This document shows positions 18,864 to 28,772 of a stretch of DNA of 64,000 bases, piece after piece; position 1 is the first letter of the stretch, and each line of letters opens with the position of its first letter. Location of the stretch: IMG/VR virus record IMGVR_UViG_3300022867_000010; one strand, given 5' to 3'. The notes under the pieces are model-generated. The model worked only from the letters and a program-made list of their open reading frames with translations. It did not search any database and had not been told where the DNA came from. Source of the DNA: an uncultured virus (IMG/VR IMGVR_UViG_3300022867_000010). Lineage: Duplodnaviria; Heunggongvirae; Uroviricota; Caudoviricetes. A program made the translations under genes and the position numbers.

Positions 18864-19783
18864 TATAAAGTACCTTCAGAGAATGGATTGCTTTCTGTAA
18901 AATCAATTATTTCATTGGCCTCAGTTTCAAAGTCGAAGTTTTGTGAGTCCTCTGTATTTGGAAAAACACTACCAACTGTAGAAGTAGAAATATCAAACAC
19001 TTCTGTTATGTTGGCCGTTGCGCCAGATACTGAACCTAAAATCATATTTGCGTTGACTTCTCCAGTTATGAATGAATGAAAGAGACCATCATTTGTTTCA
19101 ATGTCTATTACTTGCATAACCGCTTCTGGATGATTGATATTGACTACTTCTGCTTTTATGTTAATAAGAGGTTCGTCTTGAATAATCTGTGTTATAGTTT
19201 CGCCTTGTATGAATGTACCGGTAATCAGACCTAATTGGAATCTAGTAGTATAAGCATTAACTTCGATTGCATCTATTTCTGCTACACCGGTATTAAAGTC
19301 TTCATCATTCATTTCGAATAGTCGTGCCTGCATCTTATATACAGGAAGATTCGATAGTTGATAAAAAGGCATTTCATGTTCAACAAACGATATCTCGAAG
19401 AAACTGTTAGACATAGGCAAATAAATAAGGTCGCCTTCATTAGGTCTATTTTGAAATTCATCATTTTCAAAAGATCCAACCATCTGTTCCCATCTACGTT
19501 TAGCAACTATAAAGGTCGCTTCGTCTCTAATTTCAAGGCCAAATTTAGACATAAGATTGCCTTCACCTTCAAAGCCTTCGTTGCCTTCGATATAAACTTC
19601 GATCATGTATGCATCATCGAATTGAGACTCTACATCTTCATTTAATATAGAATCTCGGGTAACAATATTACGAGGAAGGTAGTAAATATCTTGTCCAGCC
19701 CACTTAACAGATTCGATGATTAAATCCTCAAAAAGAATCTGTTCAGAACGAACCTTGGTTGATAAGTATAAATTAGTTGGCAT
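18863..19783 (-). CDS. 14: Neck protein (gp14)
   Basis: EQ.L.EDLIIES, G.D.YYLPR, SKFGLEIRD, RP.EGDLIY.P, FVEHE.PFYQ, ESNPF. Confidence 0.95.
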   Translation of the reverse strand: MPTNLYLSTKVRSEQILFEDLIIESVKWAGQDIYYLPRNIVTRDSILNEDVESQFDDAYMIEVYIEGNEGFEGEGNLMSKFGLEIRDEATFIVAKRRWEQMVGSFENDEFQNRPNEGDLIYLPMSNSFFEISFVEHEMPFYQLSNLPVYKMQARLFEMNDEDFNTGVAEIDAIEVNAYTTRFQLGLITGTFIQGETITQIIQDEPLINIKAEVVNINHPEAVMQVIDIETNDGLFHSFITGEVNANMILGSVSGATANITEVFDISTSTVGSVFPNTEDSQNFDFETEANEIIDFTESNPFSEGTL

Positions 19784-19827
19784 TTGAACCTGCTTTGTAT
19801 TTAGTTGTGGTTTCTATAAAGTATGTG

Positions 19828-20583
19828 TTAACCAATGAAAAAATCTAAAGGAGCCTCCCAGTTAATTTGCATATCAGTTTCTAGTTTTTCAACCTCAGCA
19901 TTCGCTTCTTCCCACATTATCTGTCCGTTCATAGTAACACCACCTGGGAGAAGCATGCCTTCAAATTTCTTCAAATTTGTTCCCCATTGGCGCTTAATTA
20001 ATGCTGTTATGTAACGTTTCAGAAACATATCATTATAGACTGAAACGTAAGTTTCTGGGTTAATTATAACAGATGCATCTAATATGATCCAATCATTTTC
20101 CTTTATGTCAGTACCCCACTGAATGTAAAGGTGTAACTTATTCTGGTGACGACTAAATCGTACTTGACTTGAAGTATTGAACATATCACGAGCTTGAGTT
20201 AATTGCCCTTGCATTTGAGAATAATATGCCATGCCTTGAAATCCACCCGATCTTAAATCGTAGACGTCATTATACGCCATTTGATAATCGATATTAAAGA
20301 TGCCGCCGCCGCTTCCAGCGCCAGATGTGTTGAGTGGAACAATTCTAGTAATAACTGATATGTCTGAAGGCAGGGTTACAAATTCATTAGAGATGTCTGC
20401 CGCGGTAATTTGTATTTTGTAGTATGAATTTAAAATAGCGTCTGAATGATACATCTGATAAAATTCAATACCTTCGTCTACTCGGTCAGAAACTTGATCA
20501 TCATCTACATTGATCTCAAGCACTGGCGCGCCTAATTGTCTTAGACAATAATCAATAAGCTCGTTTCGTGTTGTGACTACCAT
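19828..20583 (-). CDS. 13: Neck protein (gp13)
   Basis: LIDYCLR.LGAPVLEINVDDDQ, ALIKRQWG.NL.KF.G..LPGGV; late promoter at 20612-20619. Confidence 0.96.
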   Translation of the reverse strand: MVVTTRNELIDYCLRQLGAPVLEINVDDDQVSDRVDEGIEFYQMYHSDAILNSYYKIQITAADISNEFVTLPSDISVITRIVPLNTSGAGSGGGIFNIDYQMAYNDVYDLRSGGFQGMAYYSQMQGQLTQARDMFNTSSQVRFSRHQNKLHLYIQWGTDIKENDWIILDASVIINPETYVSVYNDMFLKRYITALIKRQWGTNLKKFEGMLLPGGVTMNGQIMWEEANAEVEKLETDMQINWEAPLDFFIG

Positions 20584-20627
20584 TTCAGTACCTGTATATT
20601 TCTGTTTATGTTATTTATAACTTTATA

Positions 20628-21119
20628 TTATTTAATATACCAAACAAGTTGAAGGCCTAATCCGTCATAACCGTTACGGTCTTTTCCTAACACGCAACTA
20701 TGATGAGTCAACTGTCCGTTGATTGCAATAGCTTTATTACTTGACAACCAAAAATTTTGATTAATGCCTAGGTTTGATGTACCGTGTTCATCTGTGCTTC
20801 CTGAGACGCACTGAGGAGATATCTTTTTAGTATAATCAATTCCAATAAAAACATATGTATGGTTAAAATACGTTCCATTATCAAATATACTATCGGCGTG
20901 TGCAGGTTTAATAATTGAGGAAAGAATCCATAGTACTCCAGCAATTATTATAATAGTACCGATACCCAATGCGGCTGATGCCACGGCTCCTTTTCCTTCA
21001 TTTGCCCGCCATGAAGCAAATGAAGCCTTTTTTATAATAAAAATGTAAACGCTATATGCAATAACTAAAAGCAGTATAAGTGCTAAAAATGATAATGCCT
21101 GGGTCATAAAAGAAATCAT
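20628..21119 (-). CDS. Membrane or exported hypothetical protein
   Basis: Two hydrophobic helices, a PAHA signal-peptidase-like site, then a beta-rich region ending GLQLVWYIK; start placed at MISF (AAGGA SD). Confidence 0.55.
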   Translation of the reverse strand: MISFMTQALSFLALILLLVIAYSVYIFIIKKASFASWRANEGKGAVASAALGIGTIIIIAGVLWILSSIIKPAHADSIFDNGTYFNHTYVFIGIDYTKKISPQCVSGSTDEHGTSNLGINQNFWLSSNKAIAINGQLTHHSCVLGKDRNGYDGLGLQLVWYIK

Positions 21120-21135
21120 AATCTTAAGTCCTTTG

Positions 21136-21501
21136 TTATAATAGATCAAGCAATTCTTGCTCGGTTGTTGTGGAATCTATATCAATTTGCATTTTGTCGT
21201 CATTGTCTCGAATAACTTTTCTATCGGATTCTGCTTGTGTTGCGTCTTGGCTCGGTATCTGCTTCATTATGATTGCATCATGTGGTGCAAAGTCCTTCTC
21301 TCGTTTTGCTCTGCGTAACTCATGTGCAACCTCCTTCGCTAAAGGTAAATCAGTTACCACCGCGTCACCTACAATTCTCCACGCACCACGAAAGACCTTA
21401 TCAGGGACTGACACAACTTCAAGCCATGTTGCACCTTCAGGTATTGAGGACTGCTTTGAGCAAATCGCAACGGTGTTATCTTCTTGTTGATATGCGTACA
21501 T
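21136..21501 (-). CDS. Putative tail-fibre assembly or accessory protein
   Basis: VPDKVFRGAW and AHELRRAKR..F.P.D patterns typical of small proteins that follow phage fibres. Confidence 0.5.
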   Translation of the reverse strand: MYAYQQEDNTVAICSKQSSIPEGATWLEVVSVPDKVFRGAWRIVGDAVVTDLPLAKEVAHELRRAKREKDFAPHDAIIMKQIPSQDATQAESDRKVIRDNDDKMQIDIDSTTTEQELLDLL

Positions 21502-21986
21502 TAATGCTTCCTCAAATAGTTAATAGCCTTCTCAAGAAGCCCTATATCATCTTTAAAATGGCCTAAAGCAAAGTTACAGCTTATACATAACAAGCCTCTA
21601 ACCTCACCTGTTATGTGGTCATGGTCTACGTTTAAGCTCTTAGTGCAGTCATCTTCATGTACATTACATATTAAACATGAGTAATCCTGACTTACCAGCA
21701 TACTCGTATAGTCATCGTAGGTTATGCCATAGTTTTTCTTTAACCTAGTATTGGCTACTTGCCTTGGGTTAGCTTTATACCATGCCTTAGCCCTGCTGCT
21801 GACCTTATCTTTTCTACTGTCGTCATAGGCGATATACTGATAGTTGCGACAAGGAATGCATATATTCCTATATCCATGCTTTGATCCCTTATCAATAACA
21901 AAGCCTTTAAGATCTTCCGCAGTATGAGCCGACTTATCACAAGAAGGGCAGGTTCTTAGTGCTTCCATCTTATGATTTACCTCCAA
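21501..21986 (-). mobile_element. Endonuclease VII-family (His-Me finger) homing endonuclease
   Basis: YGIT..DY..ML..Q...C.IC, LNVDHDH.TG.VRGLLC..CN.ALGHFKDD; N-terminal CxxC pairs. Confidence 0.85.
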
Positions 21987-24312
21987 ATACAGAAAGGCAC
22001 ACTAGATCATAGTCGTTTCCGGCTTGCCCTTGGTTATAGATTTTTACCTTTACAGAATTTTTATCGTGTGATAATGCTCTGTTATCATACCCAGTCGCGG
22101 CCAGAGTATATGCATATCCAAAACTGTCCATAGGTGTGTCAAAGACAATCTTATAATTGCCAGTCCCTAAATCAACCACATCAGACACATTATAACTATC
22201 ACGAATCAAAGGTGGGTTTTGAGTCCCATCGAAATTAACCCAAGCAGTCGCAACACCAATGTTCTTAATCTCACCATGAACTGTCAAGTCACCATGCGCT
22301 TCAACATCATTAAACCGTTGCTTGGCAACAGGCATATTGGCGAGTGTAGAGTTGATTACATCACCATCAGAATCCGTCCTGAACTCTGCTAGATACGTGC
22401 GGTTTATTGCTGTGCCACTAGAGTTGTACATTTTACCAGCGTCGATTAGGTAGTAATCTGACGGGAGGATTGTGTTAAACTCTAGTTCTGTTATAGCTGT
22501 ATAAGTTGAGTCCCCCGAGTTATTTGTAATGTTAATACGATGATATAAATAAGCTGTAGTGTTGCTGCCAGTTAAGTTGATGTCTCCCCACAAGTACACT
22601 CCGTTGCCTAAGTAGTCATTAGCAGTATAAGTTGAATCAATAGCCGTCCAGCTGAAACCATTATGAGAACCTTCAATAGTAAACCTTTTAGGTACTCTAT
22701 CTACATCACTACCTTCGCGTAGTCTCCATGACTTAATAATGCGAGGCTCTACTCCCTTATACTGTAACCACGATAGAGTTGATGTAGTTGCATACCATTC
22801 AACCCCTGTTACGCCTACAATATCGTTAGAGTCTTTGTTAAAGGCTTTATAAGCCTCGTAACCTGCGCCTCTTTCACCACTAGCACTAACAACACCTGTC
22901 GAACTTTCATAATCAAAGTGTTTAGCAGTAGTCCTTAGACTTGCATCCAGTGGACTAACCTCACCCCACTTGTCTGCATCATTTCGAGTGATACCTTCTA
23001 GTGGTCTGTTTTCAGTTACACCATACGAACCACCTAAGTCTTTATAGATGTAGTAGTGCTTATTCTCATGTCCTGCACCTAATGCATACGTTACACCAGA
23101 TCCTACGTTTTCTTTACTATCTACTTGACCATTCGCATCAAAACCTTGAGCAAATGATATGAGTGTGTTCTGAGCAATTGATAAAGTGTCAGCAGTTGTT
23201 GGGTACGTGTAGTCTGAGTTTGTGTACGTGTTTGTAGATGCACCACCAGTAGATGACTCTGCATAGGCCATGAATAGGTATTCGTTGTTTAACGAATTTA
23301 CTGTGCCATGAGCATCTTTAAGTACAAACCCATTATCGGTAAACTCTTTAATCGCTATATATGTCTCGGCATTTGCTGAATTAGCGTATAAATCTGACGT
23401 ATCGCCTCTTGTACTATCCCAAATGTACCAATCAGAGGTGCTAGTCATATTCTTAATTATCACCCACGCAGGTTTAAAACCACAGTCCACATAGTTACCA
23501 GCAGCACCAATGCCGATATACTTGCCTATTTTGGAGACGTTGGGGACTGATGCGAAGTGGTAGGATATGTAATTCTCTGTGGCAGCATTAATCCAAGAGT
23601 GGGAACCTATTTGTAAAGTTTCTTTTGAAAATAAAGCAGTTAAGTTAGTGGTGGTATTAAGTGCATCTGTGCCATTTAAACGTAAATATTGATTTGGAAA
23701 CAACGGAGAATGCACAACCCAATGTTCTGAACCGTCACCTTCTCTATCTTTAGAAATACTCCACTCAGACTTAACACCCAAATGATACGGTATCTCATGC
23801 CCATCTTCACCATCACCCTCGTAACCAACAATAGAGAAACCTAAGTCTGGGTTGTAGTGACAAGTGTATGCCTTGTTACGATTAGTTGTGCCAGTGACTT
23901 TCTTAGTTGTCTGCCATGACCATGAGGCGAACTTGTCGGCATTGGCGTTTGCTGAACCAGACGTTCCTACAGTAAAGCCATCATTATCAAAAGATTCTAG
24001 CGTGGTTGTTGCGTTAGTTATTTCACTATTAGTTGTATCACTAACTAAATACTGTAGATTTCCTCTAACTGTATCCATTATTCTGTGACTATTAGTACCA
24101 TCGCGATTCTTAATCCAAACAAGCCCACCAAAGTCACCAGTGTCCATATCAAGGCCAGTGTTGATCGCATGACTACTTGACCCATCACCAGTGTATATGG
24201 CAGCACTAAAACCTGATTGCGTGGACTCACCTTGAGTTACCGCTGTTTGATTTAGAGTTGTGCTTCTAACAACAGATTCGGTACTATTTGCTAACTTTCT
24301 TGCTTTACTCAT
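21970..24312 (-). CDS. Tail fibre / receptor-binding protein (780 aa)
   Basis: YTGDG..GLVWIKNRD and GFSIVGY.G.G repeats, a discoidin-like domain (YKAF..W..WLQY..P..FTIEGS), C-terminal AWVNFDG..IRDSYNVS.V.D.GTG.Y. Confidence 0.75.
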   Translation of the reverse strand: MSKARKLANSTESVVRSTTLNQTAVTQGESTQSGFSAAIYTGDGSSSHAINTGLDMDTGDFGGLVWIKNRDGTNSHRIMDTVRGNLQYLVSDTTNSEITNATTTLESFDNDGFTVGTSGSANANADKFASWSWQTTKKVTGTTNRNKAYTCHYNPDLGFSIVGYEGDGEDGHEIPYHLGVKSEWSISKDREGDGSEHWVVHSPLFPNQYLRLNGTDALNTTTNLTALFSKETLQIGSHSWINAATENYISYHFASVPNVSKIGKYIGIGAAGNYVDCGFKPAWVIIKNMTSTSDWYIWDSTRGDTSDLYANSANAETYIAIKEFTDNGFVLKDAHGTVNSLNNEYLFMAYAESSTGGASTNTYTNSDYTYPTTADTLSIAQNTLISFAQGFDANGQVDSKENVGSGVTYALGAGHENKHYYIYKDLGGSYGVTENRPLEGITRNDADKWGEVSPLDASLRTTAKHFDYESSTGVVSASGERGAGYEAYKAFNKDSNDIVGVTGVEWYATTSTLSWLQYKGVEPRIIKSWRLREGSDVDRVPKRFTIEGSHNGFSWTAIDSTYTANDYLGNGVYLWGDINLTGSNTTAYLYHRINITNNSGDSTYTAITELEFNTILPSDYYLIDAGKMYNSSGTAINRTYLAEFRTDSDGDVINSTLANMPVAKQRFNDVEAHGDLTVHGEIKNIGVATAWVNFDGTQNPPLIRDSYNVSDVVDLGTGNYKIVFDTPMDSFGYAYTLAATGYDNRALSHDKNSVKVKIYNQGQAGNDYDLVCLSVFGGKS

Positions 24313-24443
24313 TATGTGTCACCTGTGATTATTGCGACTCTCGCCGCTGATCTAGCGTCTGTAATATTAGTAGGCACTGGCTCACCACTATCTACGTCAC
24401 AACTTATATACCAGTTAGCTGTTATGCAGTTTATAAGTTCCAT
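24312..24443 (-). pseudogene. Truncated fibre-associated small protein remnant (43 codons)
   Basis: My translation ...NWYISCDVDSGEPVPTNITDARSAARVAII resembles only the C-terminal part of DWY..R..E.G..IP...R..AR type fibre-assembly proteins. Confidence 0.35.
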
Positions 24444-24528
24444 GTGTTCCTTTTAGTTTCCTCTCGGTAAGTGCTTTAAAAGATTCTTTCAACTCGTTAA
24501 ATAAGTTACGTTTGGCGGTATCGCTCAC
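24415..24528 (-). CDS. 37-aa peptide resembling the N-terminus of HigA2-type antitoxins
   Basis: GTG start 8 nt after GGAG; MSDTAKRNLFNELKESFKALTERKLKGTHGTYKLHNS. Confidence 0.4.
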   Translation of the reverse strand: MSDTAKRNLFNELKESFKALTERKLKGTHGTYKLHNS

Positions 24529-24548
24529 TTAGGATGCTCCATCTGTTA

Positions 24549-24797
24549 TTAACCAGCTGTGTAACCGTTGCCTGTAGTGATAGCGCTATCTGCGTCTACC
24601 ATACTTTCGTTGCCCCAATCGTCTTTTGCTTTCATTAAGACAAGATGCTCGACATTTCTATCTACACATGATTGTCTTTCTTCAGCGGTCTCATCGACCA
24701 TTCTTACTCCTGCAATAACATCGTTGATGAGTGCTATTGAGTGACCCATTGCTGTAAAGTCTTGTAGTAATTCTACTTCAGTTCTTTTTTCGTTCAT
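24549..24797 (-). CDS. Small protein commonly found after S74-chaperone fibres
   Basis: QDF.AMGHS..LIN..IAG, VDRNVEHL.LM.AKDDW; ATGA overlap with the fibre gene. Confidence 0.6.
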   Translation of the reverse strand: MNEKRTEVELLQDFTAMGHSIALINDVIAGVRMVDETAEERQSCVDRNVEHLVLMKAKDDWGNESMVDADSAITTGNGYTAG

Positions 24798-27700
24798 TTT
24801 GTCTGTCCTTCTAAGGTTAAAATACGGGCTTCTAAATCATCGTTCTTGGTTGATAGTTCTTGTAACGCTTTGACAAGCACTGGGATTAATGCTGTATCCA
24901 CCATGCGAAGTTTGTCTTCGTCTTCATTGTCTACAATGACGGGGCTATCACCCTCAAGCGCCAATACGTCTTGAGCTTTGAAGCCATAGCGCACACCGCC
25001 ATTGGTTTCTTCAGAGTCCCGCGCAGTGCGGAACTGATACGCCGTGGGCTGCAACGCTTTGACAAACTCAAGGCCGTGGGGAACAGGCGCGAAGTTAATC
25101 TTGTCCCGCGCATCTGACACAACTGTCCATGCCACTTGAATGTAGGCATTGGTAACACCCGTCGAACCCATGCAAAAACGGTTATTTTCGGTCGTTGGGT
25201 TGAAGACTGGTGCGTTAGAGCCTGCTGAATTGCGCGGATTGATTGCTGTGTTTCCGCTACCCGTGGTGTTGCTATAGAGCGCGTCTGCTCCACTAGCTGT
25301 GTTGTCACTACCCGTGGTGTTGTTATAAAGGGATGTGTATCCACTAGCTGTGTTATTAACGCCTGTCGTGTTGCTATAAAGTGCGCTTCGTCCACTAGCC
25401 GTATTATTAACGCCCGTGGTGTTGCTATAGAGCGCGTTAAGTCCACTAGCTGTGTTGCTATGACCTGTGGTGTTGTTATAGAGTGCGTTTACTCCACTAG
25501 CTGTGTTGCTATATCCAGTAGTGTTGTTATAAAGGGATGTGTATCCACTAGCTGTGTTATTATATCCTGTCGTGTTGCTATAAAGTGCGCTTTGTCCACT
25601 AGCCACGTTATTAACGCCAGTAGTGTTGCTAAAGAGTGCGTTTTGTCCACTAGCTGTGTTGTTACTACCAGTGGTGTTGCTATAGAGTGCGCTTCGTCCA
25701 CTAGCTGTGTTGCCACTACCAGTAGTGTTGTTATAGAGTGCGTTTACTCCACAGGCCGCGTTGTTATATCCAGTAGTGTTTAGATAAAGCGCCCGAAACC
25801 CACTAGCAATGTTGTTATATCCTGTGGTGTTGCTATAGAGTGCGTCCCTCCCACTAGCCGTGTTGCTAGTACCAGTAGTGTTGCTATAAAGTGCGTTTTG
25901 TCCACTAGCCGTGTTATTAGCGGCCGTGGTGTTGCTATAGAGTGCGTTCAACCCGATGGCGGTGTTGCTACTACCCGTGGTGTTGCTATGGAGCGATTGT
26001 AACCCACTAGCCGTGTTATTATTACCAGTAGTGTTGGTTTGAAGTGCGTCTTGTCCACTAGCCGTGTTATTAACGCCTGTAGTGTTGCTATAAAGTGCGC
26101 TTTTTCCACTTGCAATGTTGTTATATCCAGTCGTGTTGCTATAAAGTGCCTCTGTTCCACTAGCTGTGTTGCTATATCCAGTGGTGTTGCTATAGAGTGC
26201 GCTTTGTCCACTAGCTGTGTTGTTATATCCAGTCGTGTTGCTATAAAGTGCCTCTGCTCCACTAGCTGTGTTGCTATATCCAGTGGTGTTGCTATAGAGT
26301 GCGCTTTGTCCACTAGCTGTATTATTATATCCTGTCGTGTTAGAACCTATTGAACTTGTTCCGACAGCAGTATTATGAAAACCAGTTGTGGTGGCATATA
26401 AAGATTGGAAGCCTATAGCTACGTTATTATTTGAGGTGGTGCCCGAGGCTAACGCACTTTCCCCTATTGCAGTATTTTGTGTTCCAGTAGTAAGAAGTCC
26501 ACCAGATTCACTGCCAATAAAAGTGTTTCTTGCACCAGTAGTAATAGCATCACCTGCGTTATAACCAACTGCCGTGTTGTTACTACCTGTAGTGTTGGTA
26601 TAGAGCGCCCGAAACCCACTTGCTGTGTTATTATCGCCTGTGGTAATCGCAGTTCCTGCACCATCTCCAATCAGCGTGTTATTATTACCACCTGCAACGA
26701 TTGAGTCGCCAGCGCCAGCGCCTGCCACAAAATTGCCTGTTCCTGCTGTGACCGATGATATTCCTGCCGTTGTAATGTTGCCTGCCATAGTACCACCAGC
26801 TTTAGGAAGTGCTGCATTGGCTACATTAGATACAAGCGTATCTTTAGCATCAATCTGAGCTTGGGTGTAAGTATCTGAAGATTCAAATACACTATAGGAT
26901 GAAACTTCAAATACATCATTTAATGTAGCACCAGTAGTTAATGTAATACTATCAGCAGCAGCGTCACTAGTAAAGTCAGTTGTCTTTGATAATTTTACAC
27001 CATTTAAAAACACCTGAATAGAGGTCGAGCTTGAAAATTGTAACAGCAAAGAATTGTCATCGTTTCCTACAAAAACCGTTTGTCCGGCCGTGGCAGTGTA
27101 GACAAAATTTTGCACAAGCCCAGGTGTTGCACTTGGGAATGGAAGTACTGTACTAACCAAAGCAAGTATTTCTACACCATTTATTGGTGGGTTGTTAAAC
27201 GTAACTGAAGTATCCGAGCTAAGTATATATTCAGATCGAGGTCTTAGCACACCATCATAATAAATAGTCAGTGCATCATTAACACCACCATAATTAAACC
27301 CTGCCGCAGGTGCAAAGTCAGATGCAGAAAATGTAGTCTTAACACCATTACCGGTCGCTATAAATTCTGTTGAAGTTGTCTGCGCGGAAAGTATAACAAC
27401 TTCAAATACTTCTATTTTAATAGAACCAGAAGCAGGAGGAGATGTAAAAGTGACTACATCCGAAGACGTTTCTGTAAAATCTGAATCATCTGCCCGCATA
27501 CCGTTAACATATATCTTAATGGTGCGAGTAGCAATATTATAATTGAAATTAGAAGGAGTAAAGTCAGACGCAGAAAATACGGTCTTTACGCCGTCACTTG
27601 TTGCTATAAACTCTTTTCCGCCATAACCTGCGACTTGATTTTGCCATGATGCACTAGTTCCATCAATCGCGGTAAGTACCTGATTTGCGGTAGGTGCAGC

Positions 27701-28267
27701 AGAAGCAGATATAACAACCGCGGTTGTTGCCGTTGTGAGTGCGTCTATTCCACCTGTTGCTGTGACTGCGCCACTAATCGTTGTGTCGCCATTGCCGTTG
27801 ACTGTAAACTTGTTAGCACCATCACCAGCCTGAATAGCCAACACCAAATCCGTATCTAAAGCACTGCCTCGTCTTATAGAAAGAGCACCCTTCGAAGCAT
27901 TAGTTGTTATTTCGGGTGATGCTGTGGATGCCTCATATGTATCTTGTAAATTACCCGCTGTGTCTTCTGACTGCCATCCATTAGTTGCGTCATATGTTAA
28001 TACTTGGCCTTCCGTAGGAGACATAGATGTAAAAACATCCGTCAGACTCGCTAAAGTAGAAGTAGGTGGCGGCAGTATGGAAGCTGGTAGAAGATTGTCG
28101 GCACCTATTATAGGGATGCTTCCATCAACCGTTCCTGTATCTAATGCCGCGGCAGTACCAACAGCAGACGTCTCGACTTTGTCAGTGTTTAGATTGACAA
28201 AATTGGCATCGATCTCATTGTTAGTTAATAATGCCCCTTTACCGCTTCTGGTAGTTATAGTAGACAT
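24794..28267 (-). CDS. Tail fibre/spike (1157 aa) with 14-aa beta-roll repeats and a C-terminal peptidase S74-like chaperone
   Basis: Long run of NTASG..ALYSNTTG repeats; SDARDK...LQP..Y...GF.AQDV...L+P.LVKA.QEL. Confidence 0.85.
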   Translation of the reverse strand: MSTITTRSGKGALLTNNEIDANFVNLNTDKVETSAVGTAAALDTGTVDGSIPIIGADNLLPASILPPPTSTLASLTDVFTSMSPTEGQVLTYDATNGWQSEDTAGNLQDTYEASTASPEITTNASKGALSIRRGSALDTDLVLAIQAGDGANKFTVNGNGDTTISGAVTATGGIDALTTATTAVVISASAAPTANQVLTAIDGTSASWQNQVAGYGGKEFIATSDGVKTVFSASDFTPSNFNYNIATRTIKIYVNGMRADDSDFTETSSDVVTFTSPPASGSIKIEVFEVVILSAQTTSTEFIATGNGVKTTFSASDFAPAAGFNYGGVNDALTIYYDGVLRPRSEYILSSDTSVTFNNPPINGVEILALVSTVLPFPSATPGLVQNFVYTATAGQTVFVGNDDNSLLLQFSSSTSIQVFLNGVKLSKTTDFTSDAAADSITLTTGATLNDVFEVSSYSVFESSDTYTQAQIDAKDTLVSNVANAALPKAGGTMAGNITTAGISSVTAGTGNFVAGAGAGDSIVAGGNNNTLIGDGAGTAITTGDNNTASGFRALYTNTTGSNNTAVGYNAGDAITTGARNTFIGSESGGLLTTGTQNTAIGESALASGTTSNNNVAIGFQSLYATTTGFHNTAVGTSSIGSNTTGYNNTASGQSALYSNTTGYSNTASGAEALYSNTTGYNNTASGQSALYSNTTGYSNTASGTEALYSNTTGYNNIASGKSALYSNTTGVNNTASGQDALQTNTTGNNNTASGLQSLHSNTTGSSNTAIGLNALYSNTTAANNTASGQNALYSNTTGTSNTASGRDALYSNTTGYNNIASGFRALYLNTTGYNNAACGVNALYNNTTGSGNTASGRSALYSNTTGSNNTASGQNALFSNTTGVNNVASGQSALYSNTTGYNNTASGYTSLYNNTTGYSNTASGVNALYNNTTGHSNTASGLNALYSNTTGVNNTASGRSALYSNTTGVNNTASGYTSLYNNTTGSDNTASGADALYSNTTGSGNTAINPRNSAGSNAPVFNPTTENNRFCMGSTGVTNAYIQVAWTVVSDARDKINFAPVPHGLEFVKALQPTAYQFRTARDSEETNGGVRYGFKAQDVLALEGDSPVIVDNEDEDKLRMVDTALIPVLVKALQELSTKNDDLEARILTLEGQTK
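25255..26650 (-). repeat. 42-bp coding tandem repeat (NNTASGxxALYSNTTG)
   Basis: ccactagctgtgttg...gtgttgctata(g/a)agtgcg recurs with a 42-nt period. Confidence 0.9.
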
Positions 28268-28273
28268 AGTTTA

Positions 28274-28720
28274 TTATGTAATTGTAATTTTCCAAGTAAT
28301 CGCCAAGCTGTCGTCCGAACCTTTGTTGACAACACTAAAAACAGTTCTACATGCCATAGTACCACCAGAAGCGGCATTAAAAATTGCGGCTTCTACAATA
28401 GCACCAGTAGAAACACCAGGGCCGAAAGTTGCGGTATATGTAACTTCTGCATCAGAAACTGCATCAGCAAGAGCAACTCGTGATCCTGTTTCTGTTGACA
28501 AAGTACTTTGCCCGACAACAGCAACAGTGTTGTCAGTACCTAACGCCATATGAGACATAATTGGAGTACTGCCTTGATCATTGATCATACGAGAAGCAAT
28601 AAATTCCTTACCTGTAGTTACAACTAAATTGTTGACAGTTTTGTCTGCCTTGATCTTTCCATCAGGACCAGTTAAAACCATTTGTAAACGGCCTGTCGCG
28701 ATAATGTTTTCTTTAATCAT
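28274..28720 (-). CDS. Putative virion structural protein (fibre-anchoring type)
   Basis: NLVVTTGK..IASR, MALGT, A.F.PG..TGAI.EA.IFNA.SGG.M..RTVF.VVNK; late promoter at 28765-28772. Confidence 0.65.
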   Translation of the reverse strand: MIKENIIATGRLQMVLTGPDGKIKADKTVNNLVVTTGKEFIASRMINDQGSTPIMSHMALGTDNTVAVVGQSTLSTETGSRVALADAVSDAEVTYTATFGPGVSTGAIVEAAIFNAASGGTMACRTVFSVVNKGSDDSLAITWKITIT

Positions 28721-28772
28721 TTTTAAAATCTCTTTGGTTGGTTGGTTTGTTTGTTATGTAAGGTTATTTATA

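Noticed and set aside
25255..26650. Diversity-generating retroelement TR/VR pair or CRISPR in the fibre repeats
   Set aside because: These are ordinary 14-aa beta-roll coding repeats; there is no reverse transcriptase and no adenine-specific variant pair.
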